Of a stretch of DNA of 64,000 bases, positions 1 to 15,000 are shown in pieces (position 1 is the first letter of the stretch; every line of letters starts with the position of its first letter). The DNA is taken from positions 127,906,001 through 127,970,000 of the forward strand of contig OZ024741.1 in the NCBI GenBank assembly GCA_964016885.1. Direction: 5' to 3'. The translations under genes and the position numbers were made by a program. Origin of the DNA: Eledone cirrhosa. Taxonomy: Eukaryota. The notes beneath the pieces are model-generated. The model was not told where the DNA came from and ran no database searches. It saw nothing but the letters and a program-made list of their open reading frames with translations.

Positions 1-3000
1 TAACCCAAACTAACCCTAACCCTAACCCTAACACTAACCCTAACCCTAACCCTAACCCTAAAACTAACTTACCCTAGCCCTAACCCTAAAACTAAACCTA
101 ACCCTAACAGTAACTAACCCTAACCTTAACGCTAACCCTAACCCAAACTAACACTAAAGCTAACCCTAACCCTAAGTAACCATAAACGTAACCCTAACTC
201 TAACTAACCGTAACGCTAACCCAACCCCTAACCCTAACTAACACTAACCCTAACCCTAACTAACCCTAACCCTAACCCTATCTCTAACACTAACCCTAAC
301 TAATCATAACCCTAACCCTAACTAACCGTAACCCGAACCCTAACCGGAACTAACTCTAACCCTAACACTGACTAACACTAACCCTAACCCTAACCCTAAC
401 TAAACCTAACCCTAACCGTAACTAACTCTAAACCTAACCCTGACTAACCCTGACTAACCCTGACCCTAACCCTAACCCGAACCCTAACTCTAACTAACCA
501 TAACCCTAACTAGCACTGACCGTAACCCTAACCCTAACCCTAACTAACCCTAACCCTAACCCTAATTAACCCTAGCCCTAACCCTCACTAACACTAACCC
601 TGACCCTAACCCTAACCCTAACCCTAACTAACCCTAACCCAAACCCTAACTAACCCTAACCATAACCCTAACTAGCACTAACCCTAACTCTAACCCTAAC
701 CTTAACCCTAACTAACCCTAACCCTAACCCAAACACCAACCCTTAACCTAACCCTACCTAATCCTAACTCTAACCCTAACCCTAACTAACACTAAACATA
801 ACCCTAACCCTAACCCTAACTAACCCTAACCATAACCCTAATCCTAACCCTCACTAACACTAACCCTAACCCTAACACTAACCTGTAGCTAACGTTAACC
901 CAAACCCTAACTAACCCTAACCCTACCCCTAACTAACCCTAACCTAAAGCTAACCCTAACCCTAACCCTAACCCTAACCCTAACCCTAACCCTAACCCTA
1001 ACCCTAACCCTAACCCTAAACCTAACTAACCCTAACCCTAACCCTAATCCTAACCCTAACCCTAACTAACACTAACCCTAAACTTAACTGTAACTAACCC
1101 TAACCGTAATCTTAACTAACAATAACCATAACCATAACCATAACTATAACCATAACCCTAACCTTAACCCTAACCTTAAACGTAACCTTAACCCTAACCT
1201 TAACTAACCCTAATCCTAACCCTAACCCTAAACATAACCTTAACTAACCGTAACCCAAACCTTAACTAACCCTAACCCTAACCCTAACCCTAACCCTAAC
1301 CTTACCTAACCCAAACCCTAAACCTAACCCTAACTGTAACTAACCCTAAATCTAACTGATACTAACCCTAACCCTAAACATAAATAACACTAACCCTAGC
1401 CTTAAGTCTAAGCCTAACAAACCCTAACCCTAACTAAGACTAACCCTAACCCTAACCCTAACCCTAACTAACACTAACCCTAACCCTAACTCTAACCCTA
1501 ACCTTAACTAACCCTAACCTTAACCCAAACCCTAACTCTAACTAAACCTAACCCTAACCCTAACCCTAATTAACCCTAACCCTAACACTAAACCTTACTA
1601 ACCCTAACCAGAACCCTAACCCTAACCCTAACTAACACTAACCCTAACCCTAACCCTAACCTGTAACTAACCCTAACCCTAACCTTAACTAACACTAACC
1701 CTAACCCTAACCAGCCCTAGCCCTAACCCTAAAACTAAAACTAAACCTAACGCTAACCCTGCCCTAACTAACCCTAACCGTGTAGCCTAATCATAACCCT
1801 AACTAACACAAAACCTAACACTAACCCTAACAGTAACTAACCCTAACGTTAACCCTAACCCTAACCTCAACCCTAACCCTAACCTTAAGCCTAACCCTAA
1901 CCTTAACACTAACCCAAACTAACAATAACCCTAACCCTAACCCTAACCAACCGTAACGCTAACTATACCCCTAACCCTAACTAACACTAACCCTAACCCT
2001 ATCTCTAACCCTAACTCTAACTAATCATAAGCCTAACCCTAACTAACATTAAACCGAACCCTAACCCTAATACTAACTAACACTAACCCTAACCCTGACC
2101 CTAACTAACCCTAACACTAAACCTAACCCTAACCCTGACTAACACTAACCCTACCCGTAACTAACTCTAACCCTAACCCTGACTAACACTAACCCTAACC
2201 CTAACCTTAACTAACACTAACCCTAACCCTAACCCTAACCCTAACTCTAACCCTAACAACACCTAACCCTAACCGTAACTAACTCTAACCCTAACCCTGA
2301 CTAACCCTAACCGAAACCCTAACGCTAACCCTAACCCTAACTAACCCTAACCCTAACTAGCACTAACCCTAAACCTAACCCTAACCCTAACCCTAACCCT
2401 AACCCTAACTCTAACCCTAACTAATCATAACCCTAACCCTAACTAACCCTAACCCGAACCCAAACCCTAACCCTAACCCTAACCCTAACCCTAACACTAA
2501 TCCTAACCCTAACCCTAACTAACCATAACCCTAACCGTAACTATCTCTAACCCTAACCATGACTAACACTAACCTTAACACTAACCTTCACTAACACTAA
2601 CCCTAACCCTAACACTAACACAAACCCTAACCCTAACTAAACCTAACCCTAACCGTAACTAACTGTAACACTAACCCTGATTAACCCTGACTAACCCTAA
2701 GCTTTACCCTGACCCTAACTAAACCTAACCCTAACTAGCACTAACCCTAAACCTATCCCTCACCCTAAATAACCCTAACCCTAACTAACACTAAATATAA
2801 CCCTAACCCTACCCCTAAATAACCCTAATCTAAAGCTAACCCTAACCCTAACCCTAACCCTAACCCTAACCCTAACTCTAACCCTAACCCTAAACTAACT
2901 AACCCTAACTAACCCTAAACCAACCCTAACTAACACTAACCCTAACCGTAACTAAACCTAACCCTAACCCTAAACCTAACCCTAACCCTAACCCTAACTA

Positions 3001-6000
3001 ACACTAACCTTAACCCTAGCCCTAACCCTAACTAACCCTAACCCTAACCCTAACCCTAATCCTAACACTAACCCTAACTAACACTAAACCTAAACCTAAC
3101 CCTAACTAACCCTAACCGTAATCTTAACTAACCCTAACCCTAACCCTAACCCTAACCATAACAATAACCCTAACCCTAACCCTAACCTTAACTAACCCTA
3201 ACCCTAACTCTAACCCTAAATCTAAAATTAACTAACCCTAACCCTAACACTAACCTTAACTAACCCTAACCCTAACTCTAACTAACACTAATCCTAACCC
3301 TAACTCTAACCATAACCTTAACTAACCCTAATCCTAATCCAAACCCTAACTCTAACTAACCCTAACCCTAATTAACCCTAACCCTAACCCTAACTAACAC
3401 TAACCCTAACCCTAAACCTAACTAACACTAACCCAAACCCTAACTCTAACTAACACTAACCCTAACCCTAACTAACCCTAACCCAACCCTAACTAACACT
3501 AACCCTAACCGTAACTAAACCTTACCCTAACCCTAACTCTAACCCTAACTAACACTAAACTTAACCCTAACCCTAACCCTAACTAACACTAACCCTATCC
3601 TTAACCCTAAACCTAACTAACCCTAACCCTAACCCTAATCCTAACGCTAACCCTAACTAACACTAACCCTAAACCTAACCCTAATAACCCTAATCGTAAT
3701 CTTAACTAACCCTAACCATAACCATAACTATAACTATAACCATAACCCTAACCCTAACCCTAGCCTTAACCCTAACCTTAACTAACCCTAATCCTAAACC
3801 TAACCCTAAACCTAACCTTAACTAACCCTAACCCAAACCTTAACTAACCCTAACCCTAACCCTAACCCTAACCTTAACTAACCCAAACCCTAACCAAAAC
3901 CCTAACTCTAACAAACCTTAAACCTAACTGACACTAACCCCAACCCTAAACATAACTAACACTAAACCTAGCCTTAACTCTAACCCTAACTAACCCTAAC
4001 CCTAACTAACACTAACCCTAACCCTAACCCTAACTAACACTAACCCTAACCCTAACTCTAACCCTAACCTTAACTAACCCTAACCCTAACCCAAACCCTA
4101 ACTCTAACTAACCCTAACCCTAACTAACCCTAACCGTGACCCTAAACCTAACTAACCCTAACCCTAACTCTAACCCTAACCCTAACCCTAACTAACACTA
4201 ACCCTAACCCTAACCCTAACCTGTAACTAACCCTAACCCTAACCTTAACTAACACTAACACTAACCCTCACCCTAACCCTAAATTACACTAGCCCTAACC
4301 CTAAAACTAAACCTAACGCTAACCCTACCCTAACTAACCCTAACCGTGTACTCTAATCCAAAGCCTAACTAACACAAAACCTAACGCTAACCCTAACAGT
4401 AACTAACACTAACCTTAACCCTACCCTAGCCTTAACCCTAACCTTAATCCTAACCCAAACTAACACAAACCCTAACCCTATCTCTAACCCTAACTCTAAC
4501 TAATCATAACCCTAACCCTAACTAACCCTAACCCGAAACCTAACCCTAATACTAACTAACACTAACCCTAACCCTAACCCTAACTAACCCTAACACTAAC
4601 CCTAACCCTAAACCTAACTAACACTTACCCTAACCCTAACCTTAACTAACCCTAACCCTAACCCAAACCCTAACACTAACTAACCCTAACCCTAACCCTA
4701 ACTAACCCTAACCCAACCCTAACTAACACTAACCCTAACCGTAACTAAACCTTACACTAACCCTAACTCTAACCCTAACTAACACTAACCTTAACCCTAA
4801 CCCTAACCCTAACTAACCCTAACCCTAACCTTAACCCTAACCCTAACTAACACTAACCCTAAACCTAACCCTAACTAACCCTAATCGTAATCTTAACTAA
4901 CCCTAACCCTAACCATAACCATAACTATAACCATAACCCTAACCCTAACCCTAACCTTCACCCTAACCTTAACTAACCCTAACCCTAACCCTAACCCTAA
5001 CCCTAACCCTAACCCTAACCTTAACCCTAAGCTTAACTAACCCTAATCCTAACCCTAACCCTAAACCTAACCTTAACTAACCCTAACCCAAACATTAACT
5101 AACCCTAACCCTAACCCCAACCCTAACCTTAACTAACCCAAACCCTAACCCAAACCCTAACTCTAACTAACCCTAAACCTAACTGACACTAACCCTAACC
5201 CTAAATAACCCTAACCCTAACTAAGACTAACCCTAACCCTAACCCTAACTAACACTAACCATTAACCCTAACTCTAACCCTAACTTTAACTAACCCTAAC
5301 CCTAACCCAAACCCTAACTCTAACTAACCCTAACGCTAACCCTAACCCTAACTAACCCTAACCCTAACCCTAAACCTAATTAACCCTAACCATAACCCTA
5401 ACTAAACACTAACCCTAACCCTAACCCTAACCTGTAACTAACCCTAACCCTAACCTTAACTAACACTAACGCTAACCCTAACCCTAACTAACCCTAGCCC
5501 TAACCCTAACCCTAAACCTAACCTGTAACTAACGTTAACCTAAACCCTAACTAACCCTAACCGTTTACCCTAACACTAACCCTAACTTACCCTAGCGCTA
5601 ACCCTAAAACTAAATCTAACCCTAACAGTAACTAACCCTAAACTTAACGCTAACCGTAACCCAAACTAACACTAAAGCTAACCCTAACCCTAACCCTATG
5701 TAAACCTAAACGTAACCCTAACCCTAACTAACCGTAACGCTAACCCTACCCCTAACCCTAACTAACACTAACCCTAACTCTAACTCTAACCCTAACCCTA
5801 ACCCTAACTAACCCTAACTCGAACCCTAACCCTAACCCTAACTAACACTAACCCTAACACTAACCCTAACTAACCCTAACACTAGCCATAACCCTAACCC
5901 TAACTAACACTAACCCTAACCGTAACTAACTGTAACCCTAACCCTGACTAACACTAACCCTAACCCTAACCTTAACTAACACTAACCCTAACCCTAACCC

Positions 6001-9000
6001 TAACACTAACCCTAACCCTAACTAAACCTAACCCTAACCGTAACTAACTCTAACCCTAACCCTGACTAACCCTGACCCTAACCCTAACCCGAACCCTAAT
6101 CCTAACTAACCATAACCCTAACTAGCACTAACCCTAACACTAACTAACACTAACCCTAACCCTAACTAACACTAATCCGGACACTAACCCTAACGCTAAC
6201 CCTAACTAACCGTAACCCTAATCCTAACTTATCCTAACCCTAACCCTAACTAGCACTAACCCTAACCATAACCCTAACCCTAACCCTAACCTCTACTAAC
6301 CCTAACCCTAACCTTAACTAACACTAAACATAACCCTAACACTAACCCTAACTAAACCTAACCATAATCCTAAACCTAACCCTAACTAACACTAACCCTA
6401 ACCCTAACCTGTAACTAACCATAAACCTAACCCTTACTAACACTAACCCTAACCCTAACCATAACCCTAACTAACCCTAGCCCTAACCCTAAAACTAAAC
6501 CTAACGCTAACCCTACCCTAACTAACCCTAACCGTGTACCCTAATCCTAACCCTAACTAACACAAAACCTAACCCTAACAGTAACTAACCTTAACCCTAA
6601 CCCTAAGCCTAACCCTAAGTAACCGTAACCGTAACCCTAACCCTAACTAACCGTAACGCTAACCCTACCCCTAACCCTAACTAACACTAAGCCTAACCCT
6701 ATCTCTAACCTTAACCCTAACTAATCATAACCCTAGCCTAACTAACCCTAACCCGAACCCTAACCCTAATCCTAACTAATACTAACCCTAACCCTAACCC
6801 TAACTAAGCCTAACACTAAACCTAACCCTAACCCTAACCCTAATTAACACTAAACTTAACCGTAACTAACTCTAACCCTAACCTGACTAACATTAACCCT
6901 AACCCTAACCCTAACCCTAACACTAACTAACCCTAACCCAACCCTAACTAATACTAACCCTAAACGTAACTAAACCTTACCCTAACCCTAACTCTAACCC
7001 TAACTAACACTAACCTTAACCCTAAACCTAACTAACCCTAACCCTAACCCTAATCCTAACCCTAACCCTAACTAACACTAACCCTAAACTTAACCCTTAC
7101 TAACCCTAACCGTAATCTTAACTAACCCTAACCATAATCATAACCATAATTATAACCATAACCCTAACCTTAACCCTAACCTTAACCCTAACCTTAACCC
7201 TAACCTTAACTAACCCTAATCCTAACCCTAACCCTAAACATAACCTTAACTAACCCTAACCCAAACCTTAACTAACCCTAACCCTAACCCTAACCCTAAC
7301 CTTACCTAACCCAAACCCTAACCCAAACCCTAACTGTAACTAACCCTAAACCTAACTGACACTAATCCAAACCCTAAACATAAATAACACTAACCCTAGC
7401 CTTAAGTCTAACCCTAACTAACCCTAACCCTAACTAAGACTAACCCTAACCCTAACTAACACTAACCCTAACCCTAACTCTAACACTAACCTTAACTAAC
7501 CCTAACCTTAACCCAAACCCTAACTCTAACTAACCCTAACCCTAACCCCAACCCTAATTAACCCTAACCATAACCCTAACCCTAACCCAAACTAACACTA
7601 ACGCTAACCCTCAACCTAACCCTAACCCTAACCCTAAACCTAACCCTAACTCTAACCCTAACTAATCATAACCGTAACCCTAACTAACCCTAACCCGAAC
7701 CCAAACCCTAACCCTAACCCTAACCCTAACACTAATCCTAACGATAACCCTAACTAACCTTAACCCTAACCGTAACTATCTCTAACCCTAACCATGACTA
7801 ACACTAACCTTAGCACTAACCTTCACTAACACTAAACCTAACCCTAACCGTAACTAACTGTAACACTAACCCTGACTAACCCTGATTAACCCTAACCTTT
7901 ACCCTAACCCTAACTAACCCTAACCCTAACTAGCACTAACCCTAAACCTAACCCTCACCCTAAATAACCCTAACCCTAACTAACACTAAATATAACCCTA
8001 AACCTACCCCTAAATAACCCTAATCTAAAGCTAACCCTAACCCTAACCCTAACCCTAACCCTAACCCTAACTCTAACACTAACCCTAAACAAACTAACCC
8101 TAACTAACCCTAAACCAACGCTAACTAACACTAACCCTAACCGTAACTAAACCTATCCCTAACCCTAACCCTAACCCTAACTAACACTAACCTTAACCCT
8201 AGCCCTAACCCTAACTAACCCTAACCCTAACCCTAACCCTAATCCTAACCCTAACCCTAACTAACACTAACCCTAAACATAACCCTAACCGTAATCTTAA
8301 CTAACCCTAACCCTAACCCTAACCCTAACCCTAACCCTAACTCTAACCCTAAACCTAAAATTAACTAACCCTAACCCTAACCCTAACACTAACCTTAACT
8401 AACCCTAATCCTAACCCAAACCCTAACTCTAACTAACCCTAACCCTAATTAACCCTAACCCTAACCCTAACTAACACTAACCCTAACCCTAAACCTAACT
8501 AACACTAACCCTAACCCTAACCTTAACTAACCCTAACCCTAACCCAAACCCTAACTCTAACTAACCCTAACCCTAAGGAACCCTAACCCAACCCTAACTC
8601 ACACTAACCCTAACCGTAACTAAACCTTACCCTAACCCTAACTCTAACCCTAACTAACACTAACCTTAACCCTAACCCTAACCCTAACTAACACTAACCC
8701 TATCCTTAACCCTAAACCTAACTAACCCTAACCCTAACCCTAATCCTAACCCTAACCCTAACTAACACTAACCCTAAACCTTAACTAACCCTAACCCTAA
8801 CCCTAACCCTAACCCTAACCTTAACTAACCCAAACCCTAACCCAAACCCTAACTCTAACTAACCTTAAACCTAACCGTAATCTTAACTAACCCTAACCAT
8901 AACCATAACTATAACTATAACCATAATCCTAACCCTAACCCTAACTTTAACCCTAACCTTAACTAACCCTAATCCTAACCCTAACCCTAAACCTAACATT

Positions 9001-12000
9001 AACTAACCCTAACCCAAACCTTAACTAACCCTAACCCTAACCCTAACCCTAACCTTAACTAACCCAAACCCTAACTAACACTAACACTAACCCTAACTCT
9101 AACCCTAACTAACACTAACCCTAACCCTAACTCTAACCCTAACCTTAACTAACCCTAACCCTAAACATAACTAACACTAAACCCAGCCTTAACTCTAACC
9201 CTAACTAACCCTAACCCTAACTAACACTAACCCTAACCCTAACCCTAACTAACACTAACCCTAACCCTAACTCTAACCCTAACCTTAACTAACCCTAACC
9301 CTAACCCAAACCCTAACTCTAACTAACCCTAACCCTAACCCTAAACCTAACTAACCCTAACCCTGACCCTAAACCGAACTAACCCTAACCCTAACCCTAA
9401 CTAACACTAACCCTAACCCTAACCCTAACCTGTAACTAACCCTAACCCTAACCTTAACTAACACTAACCCTAACCCTAAACTTAACCCTAAATTACACTA
9501 GCCCTAACCCTAAAACTAACCCTAACCGTGTACTCTAATCCTAACCCTAACTAACACAAAACCTAACCCTAAACCTAACCCTAACAGTAACTAACCCTAA
9601 CCTTAACCCTAACCCTAGCCTTAACCCTAACCCTAACCTTAACCCGAACCCAAACTAACACTAACCCTAACCCTATCTCTAACCCTAACTCTAACTAATC
9701 ATAACCCTAACCTTAACTAACCCTAACCCGAAACCTAACCCTAGTACTAACACTAACCCTAACCCTAACTAACCCTAACACTAACCCTAACCCTAAACCT
9801 AACTAACACTAACCCTAACCCTAACCTTAACTAACCCTAACCCTAACCCAAACCCTAACTCTAACTAACCCTAACCCTAACCCTAACTAACCCTAACCCA
9901 ACCCTAACTAACACTAACCCTAACCGTAACTAAACCTTACCCTAACCCTAACTCTAACCCTAACTAACACTAACCTTAACCCTAACCCTAACCCTAACTA
10001 ACCCTAACCCTAACCTTAACCCTGACCCTAACTAACACTAACCCTAAATCTAACCCTAACTAACCCTAACCGTAATCTTAACTAACCCTAACCCTAACCA
10101 TAACCATAATTATAACCATAACCCTAACCCTAACCCAAACCTTAACCCTAACCTTAACTAACCCTAATCCTAACCCTAACCCTAAACCTAACCTTAACTA
10201 ACCCTAACCCAAACATTAACTAACCCTAACACTAACCCCAACCCTAACCTTAACTAACCCAAACCCTAACCCAAACCCTAACTCTAACTAACACTAAACC
10301 TAACTGACACTAACCCCAACCCTAACCTTAACTAACCCTAACCCTAACCCTAACCCAAACCCTAACTCTAACTAACCCTAACCCTAACCCAAACTAACGC
10401 TAACCGTGACCCTAAACCTAACTAACCCTAACACTAACCCTAACCCTAACCCTAACCGGCAACTAACCCTAACCCTAACCTTAACTAACACTAACCCTAA
10501 CCCTAAACCTAACCCTATATTACACTAGCCCTAACCCTAAAACTAAACCTAACGCTAACCCTACCCTAACTAACCCTAACCGTGTACTCTAATCCTTACC
10601 CTAACTAACACAAAACCTAACCCTAAACCTAACCCTAACAGTAACTAACCCTAACCTTAACCCTAACCCTAGCCTTAACCATAACCCTAACCTTAACCCT
10701 AACCCAAACTAACACTAACCCTAACCCTATCTCTAACCCTAACTCTAACTAATCATAACCCTAACCCAAACTAACCCTAACCCGAAACCTAACCCTAATA
10801 CTAACTAACACTAACCCTAACCCTAAGCCTAACTAACCCTAACACTAACCCTAACCCTAAACCTAACTAACACTAACCCTAACCCTAACCTTAACTAACC
10901 CTAAACCTAACCCAAACCCTAACTCTAACTAACCCTAACCCTAACCCTAACTAACCCTAACCCCACCCTAACTAACACTAACCCTAACCGTAACTAAACC
11001 TTACCCTAACCCTAACTCTAACCCTAACAAACACTAACCTTAACCCTAACCCTAACCGTTAACTAACCCTAACCCTAACCTTAACCCTAACCCTAACTAA
11101 CACTAACCCTAAATCTAACCCTAACTAACCCTAACCGTAATCTTAACTAACCATAACCCTAACCATAACCATAACAATAACCATAACCCTAAACCTAACC
11201 CAAACCTTAACACTATCCTTAACTAACCCTAATCCTAACCCTAACCCTAAACCTTACCTTAACTAAACCTAACCCAAACATTAACTAACCCTAACCCTAA
11301 CCCCAACCCTAAACTTAACTAACCCAAACCCTAACCCAAACCCTAACTCTAACTAACCCTAAACCTAACTGACACTAACCCTAAACCTAACTCTAACTAA
11401 CCCTAACCCTAACTAAGACTAACCCTAACCCTAACCCTAACTAACACTAACCATTAAACCTAACTCTAACCCTGACTTTAACTAACCCTAACCCTAACCC
11501 AAACCCTAACTCTAACTAACCCTAACGCTAACCCTAACCCTAACTAACCCTAACCCTAACCCTAAACCTAACTAACCATAACCCTAACCCTAACCCTAAC
11601 TAACACTAACCCTAACCCTAACCCTAACCTGTAACTAACCCTAACCCTAACCCTAACTAACACTAACCCTAACCCAAACCCTAACTCTAACTAACCCTAA
11701 CGCTAACCCTAACCCTAACTAACCCTAACCCTAACCCTAAACCTAACTAACCATAACCCTAACCCTAAGCCTAACTAACACTAACCTTAACCCTAACCCT
11801 AACCCTAACTAACACTAACCCTATCCTTAACCCTAAACCTAACTAACCCTAACCCTAACCCTAATCCTAATCCTAACCCTAACTAACACTAACCCTAAAC
11901 CTTAACTAACCCTAACCCTAACCCTAACCCTAACCCTAACCCTAACCTTAACTAACCCAAACCCTAACCCAAACCCTAACCCAAACCCTAACTCTAACTA

Positions 12001-15000
12001 ACCTTAAACCTAACCGTAATCTTAACTAACCCTAACCATAACCATAACTATAACTATAACCATAATCCTAACCCTAACCCTAACCTTAACCCTAACCTTA
12101 ACTAACCCTAATCCTAACCCTAACCCTAAACCTAACATTAACTAACCCTAACCCAAACCTTAACTAACCCTAACCCTAACCCTAACCCTAACCTTAACTA
12201 ACCCAAACCCTAACTAACACTAACACTAACCCTAACTCTAACCCTAACTAACACTAACCCTAACCCTAACTCTAACCCTAACCTTAACTAACCCTAACCC
12301 TAAACATAACTAACACTAAACCCAGCCTTAACTCTAACCCTAACTAACCCTAACCCTAACTAACACTAACCCTAACCCTAACCCTAACCCTAACTAACAC
12401 TAACCCTAACCCTAACTCTAACCCTAACCTTAACTAACCCTAACCCTAACCCAAACCCTAACTCTAACTAACCCTAACCCTAACCCTAAACCTAACTAAC
12501 CCTAACCCTGACCCTAAACCGAACTAACCCTAACCCTAACCCTAACCCAAACCCTAACTCTAACTAACCCTAACCCTAACCCAAACTAACGCTAACCGTG
12601 ACCCTAAACCTAACTAACCCTAACCCTAACCCTAACCCTAACTAACACTAACCCTAACCCTAACCCTAACCTGCAACTAACCCTAACCCTAACCTTAACT
12701 AACACTAACCCTAACCCTAACCCTATATTACACTAGCCCTAACCCTAAAACTAAACCTAACGCTAACCCTACCCTAACTAACCCTAACCGTGTACTCTAA
12801 TCCTTACCCTAACTAACACAAAACCTAACCCTAAACCTAACCCTAACAGTAACTAACCCTAACCTTAACCCTAACCCTAGCCTTAACCATAACCCTAACC
12901 TTAACCCTAACCCAAACTAACACTAACCCTAACCCTATCTCTAACCCTAACTCTAACTAATCATAACCCTAACCCTAACTAACCCTAACCCGAAACCTAA
13001 CCCTAATACTAACTAACACTAACCCTAACCCTAACCCTAACTAACCCTAACACTAACCCTAACCCTAAACCTAACTAACACTAACTCTAACCCTAACCTT
13101 AACTAACCCTAAACCTAACCCAAACCCTAACTCTAACTAACCCTAACCCTAACCCTAACCTGCAACTAACCCTAACCCTAACCTTAACTAACACTAACCC
13201 TAACCCTAACCCTAACCCTATATTACACTAGCCCTAACCCTAAAACTAAACCTAACGCTAACCCTACCCTAACTAACCCTAACCGTGTACTCTAATCCTT
13301 ACCCTAACTAACACAAAACCTAACCCTAAACCTAACCCTAACAGTAACTAACCCTAACCTTAACCCTAACCCTAGCCTTAACCATAACCCTAACTTTAAC
13401 CCTAACCCAAACTAACACTAACCCTAACCCTATCTCTAACCCTAACTCTAACTAATCATAACCCTAACCCTAACTAACCCAAACCCGAAACCTAGCCCTA
13501 ATACTAACTAACACTAACCCTAACCCTAACCCTAACTAACCCTAACACTAACCCTAACCCTAAACCTAACTAACACTAACCCTAACCCTAACCTTAACTA
13601 ACCCTAAACCTAACCCAAACCCTAACTCTAACTAACCCTAACCCTAACCCTAACCCTAACCCAAACATTAACTAACCCTAACCCTAACCCCAACCCTAAC
13701 CTTAACTAACCCAAACCCTAACCCAAACCCTAACTCTAACTAACCCTAACCCTAACTAACACTAACCCTAACCCTAACCCTAACTAACACTAACCATTAA
13801 ACCTAACTCTAACCCTGACTTTAACTAACCCTAACCCTAACCCAAACCCTAACTCTAACTAACCCTAACGCTAACCCTAACCCTAACTAACCCTAACCCT
13901 AACCCTAAACCTAACTAACCATAACCCTAACCCTAACCCTAACTAACACTAACCCTAACCCTAACCCTAACCTGTAACTAACCCTAACCCTAACCTTAAC
14001 TAACACTAACGCTAACCTTAACCCTGACTTTAACTAACCCTAACCCTAACCCAAACCCTAACTCTAACTAACCCTAACGCTAACCCTAACCCTAACTAAC
14101 CCTAACCCTAACCCTAAACCTAACTAACCATAACCCTAACCCTAAGCCTAACTAACACTAACCTTAACCCTAACCCTAACCCTAACTAACACTAACCCTA
14201 TCCTTAACCCTAAACCTAACTAACCCTAACCCTAACCCTAATCCTAACCCTAACCCTAACTAACACTAACCCTAAACCTTAACTAACCCTAACCCTAACC
14301 CTAACCCTAACCTTAAACCTAACCGTAATCTTAACTAACCCTAACCATAACCATAACTATAACTATAACCATAATCCTAACCCTAACCCTAACCTTAACC
14401 CTAACCTTAACTAACCCTAATCCTAACCCTAACCCTAAACCTAACATTAACTAACCCTAACCCAAACCTTAACTAACCCTAACCCTAACCCTAACCCTAA
14501 CCTTAACTAACCCAAACCCTAACTAACACTAACCCTAACCCTAACTCTAACCCTAACCTTAACTAACCCTAACCCTAAACATAACTAACACTAAACCCAG
14601 CCTTAACTCTAACCCTAACTAACCCTAACCCTAACTAACACTAACCCTAACCCTAACCCTAACCCTAACTAACACTAACCCTAACCCTAACTCTAACCCT
14701 AACCTTAACTAACCCTAACCCTAACCCAAACCCTAACTCTAACTAACCCTAACCCTAACCCTAAACCTAACTAACCCTAACCCTGACCCTAAACCGAACT
14801 AACCCTAACCTTAACCCTAACCCTAACCCTAAGCCTAACTAACCCTAACCCTAACCCTAACCCTAATCTGCAACTAACCCTAACCCTAACCTTAACTAAC
14901 ACTAACCCTAACCCTAACCCTATATTACACTAACCCCAACCCTAACCTTAACTAACCCTAACCCTAACCCTAACCCAAACCCTAACTCTAACTAACCCTA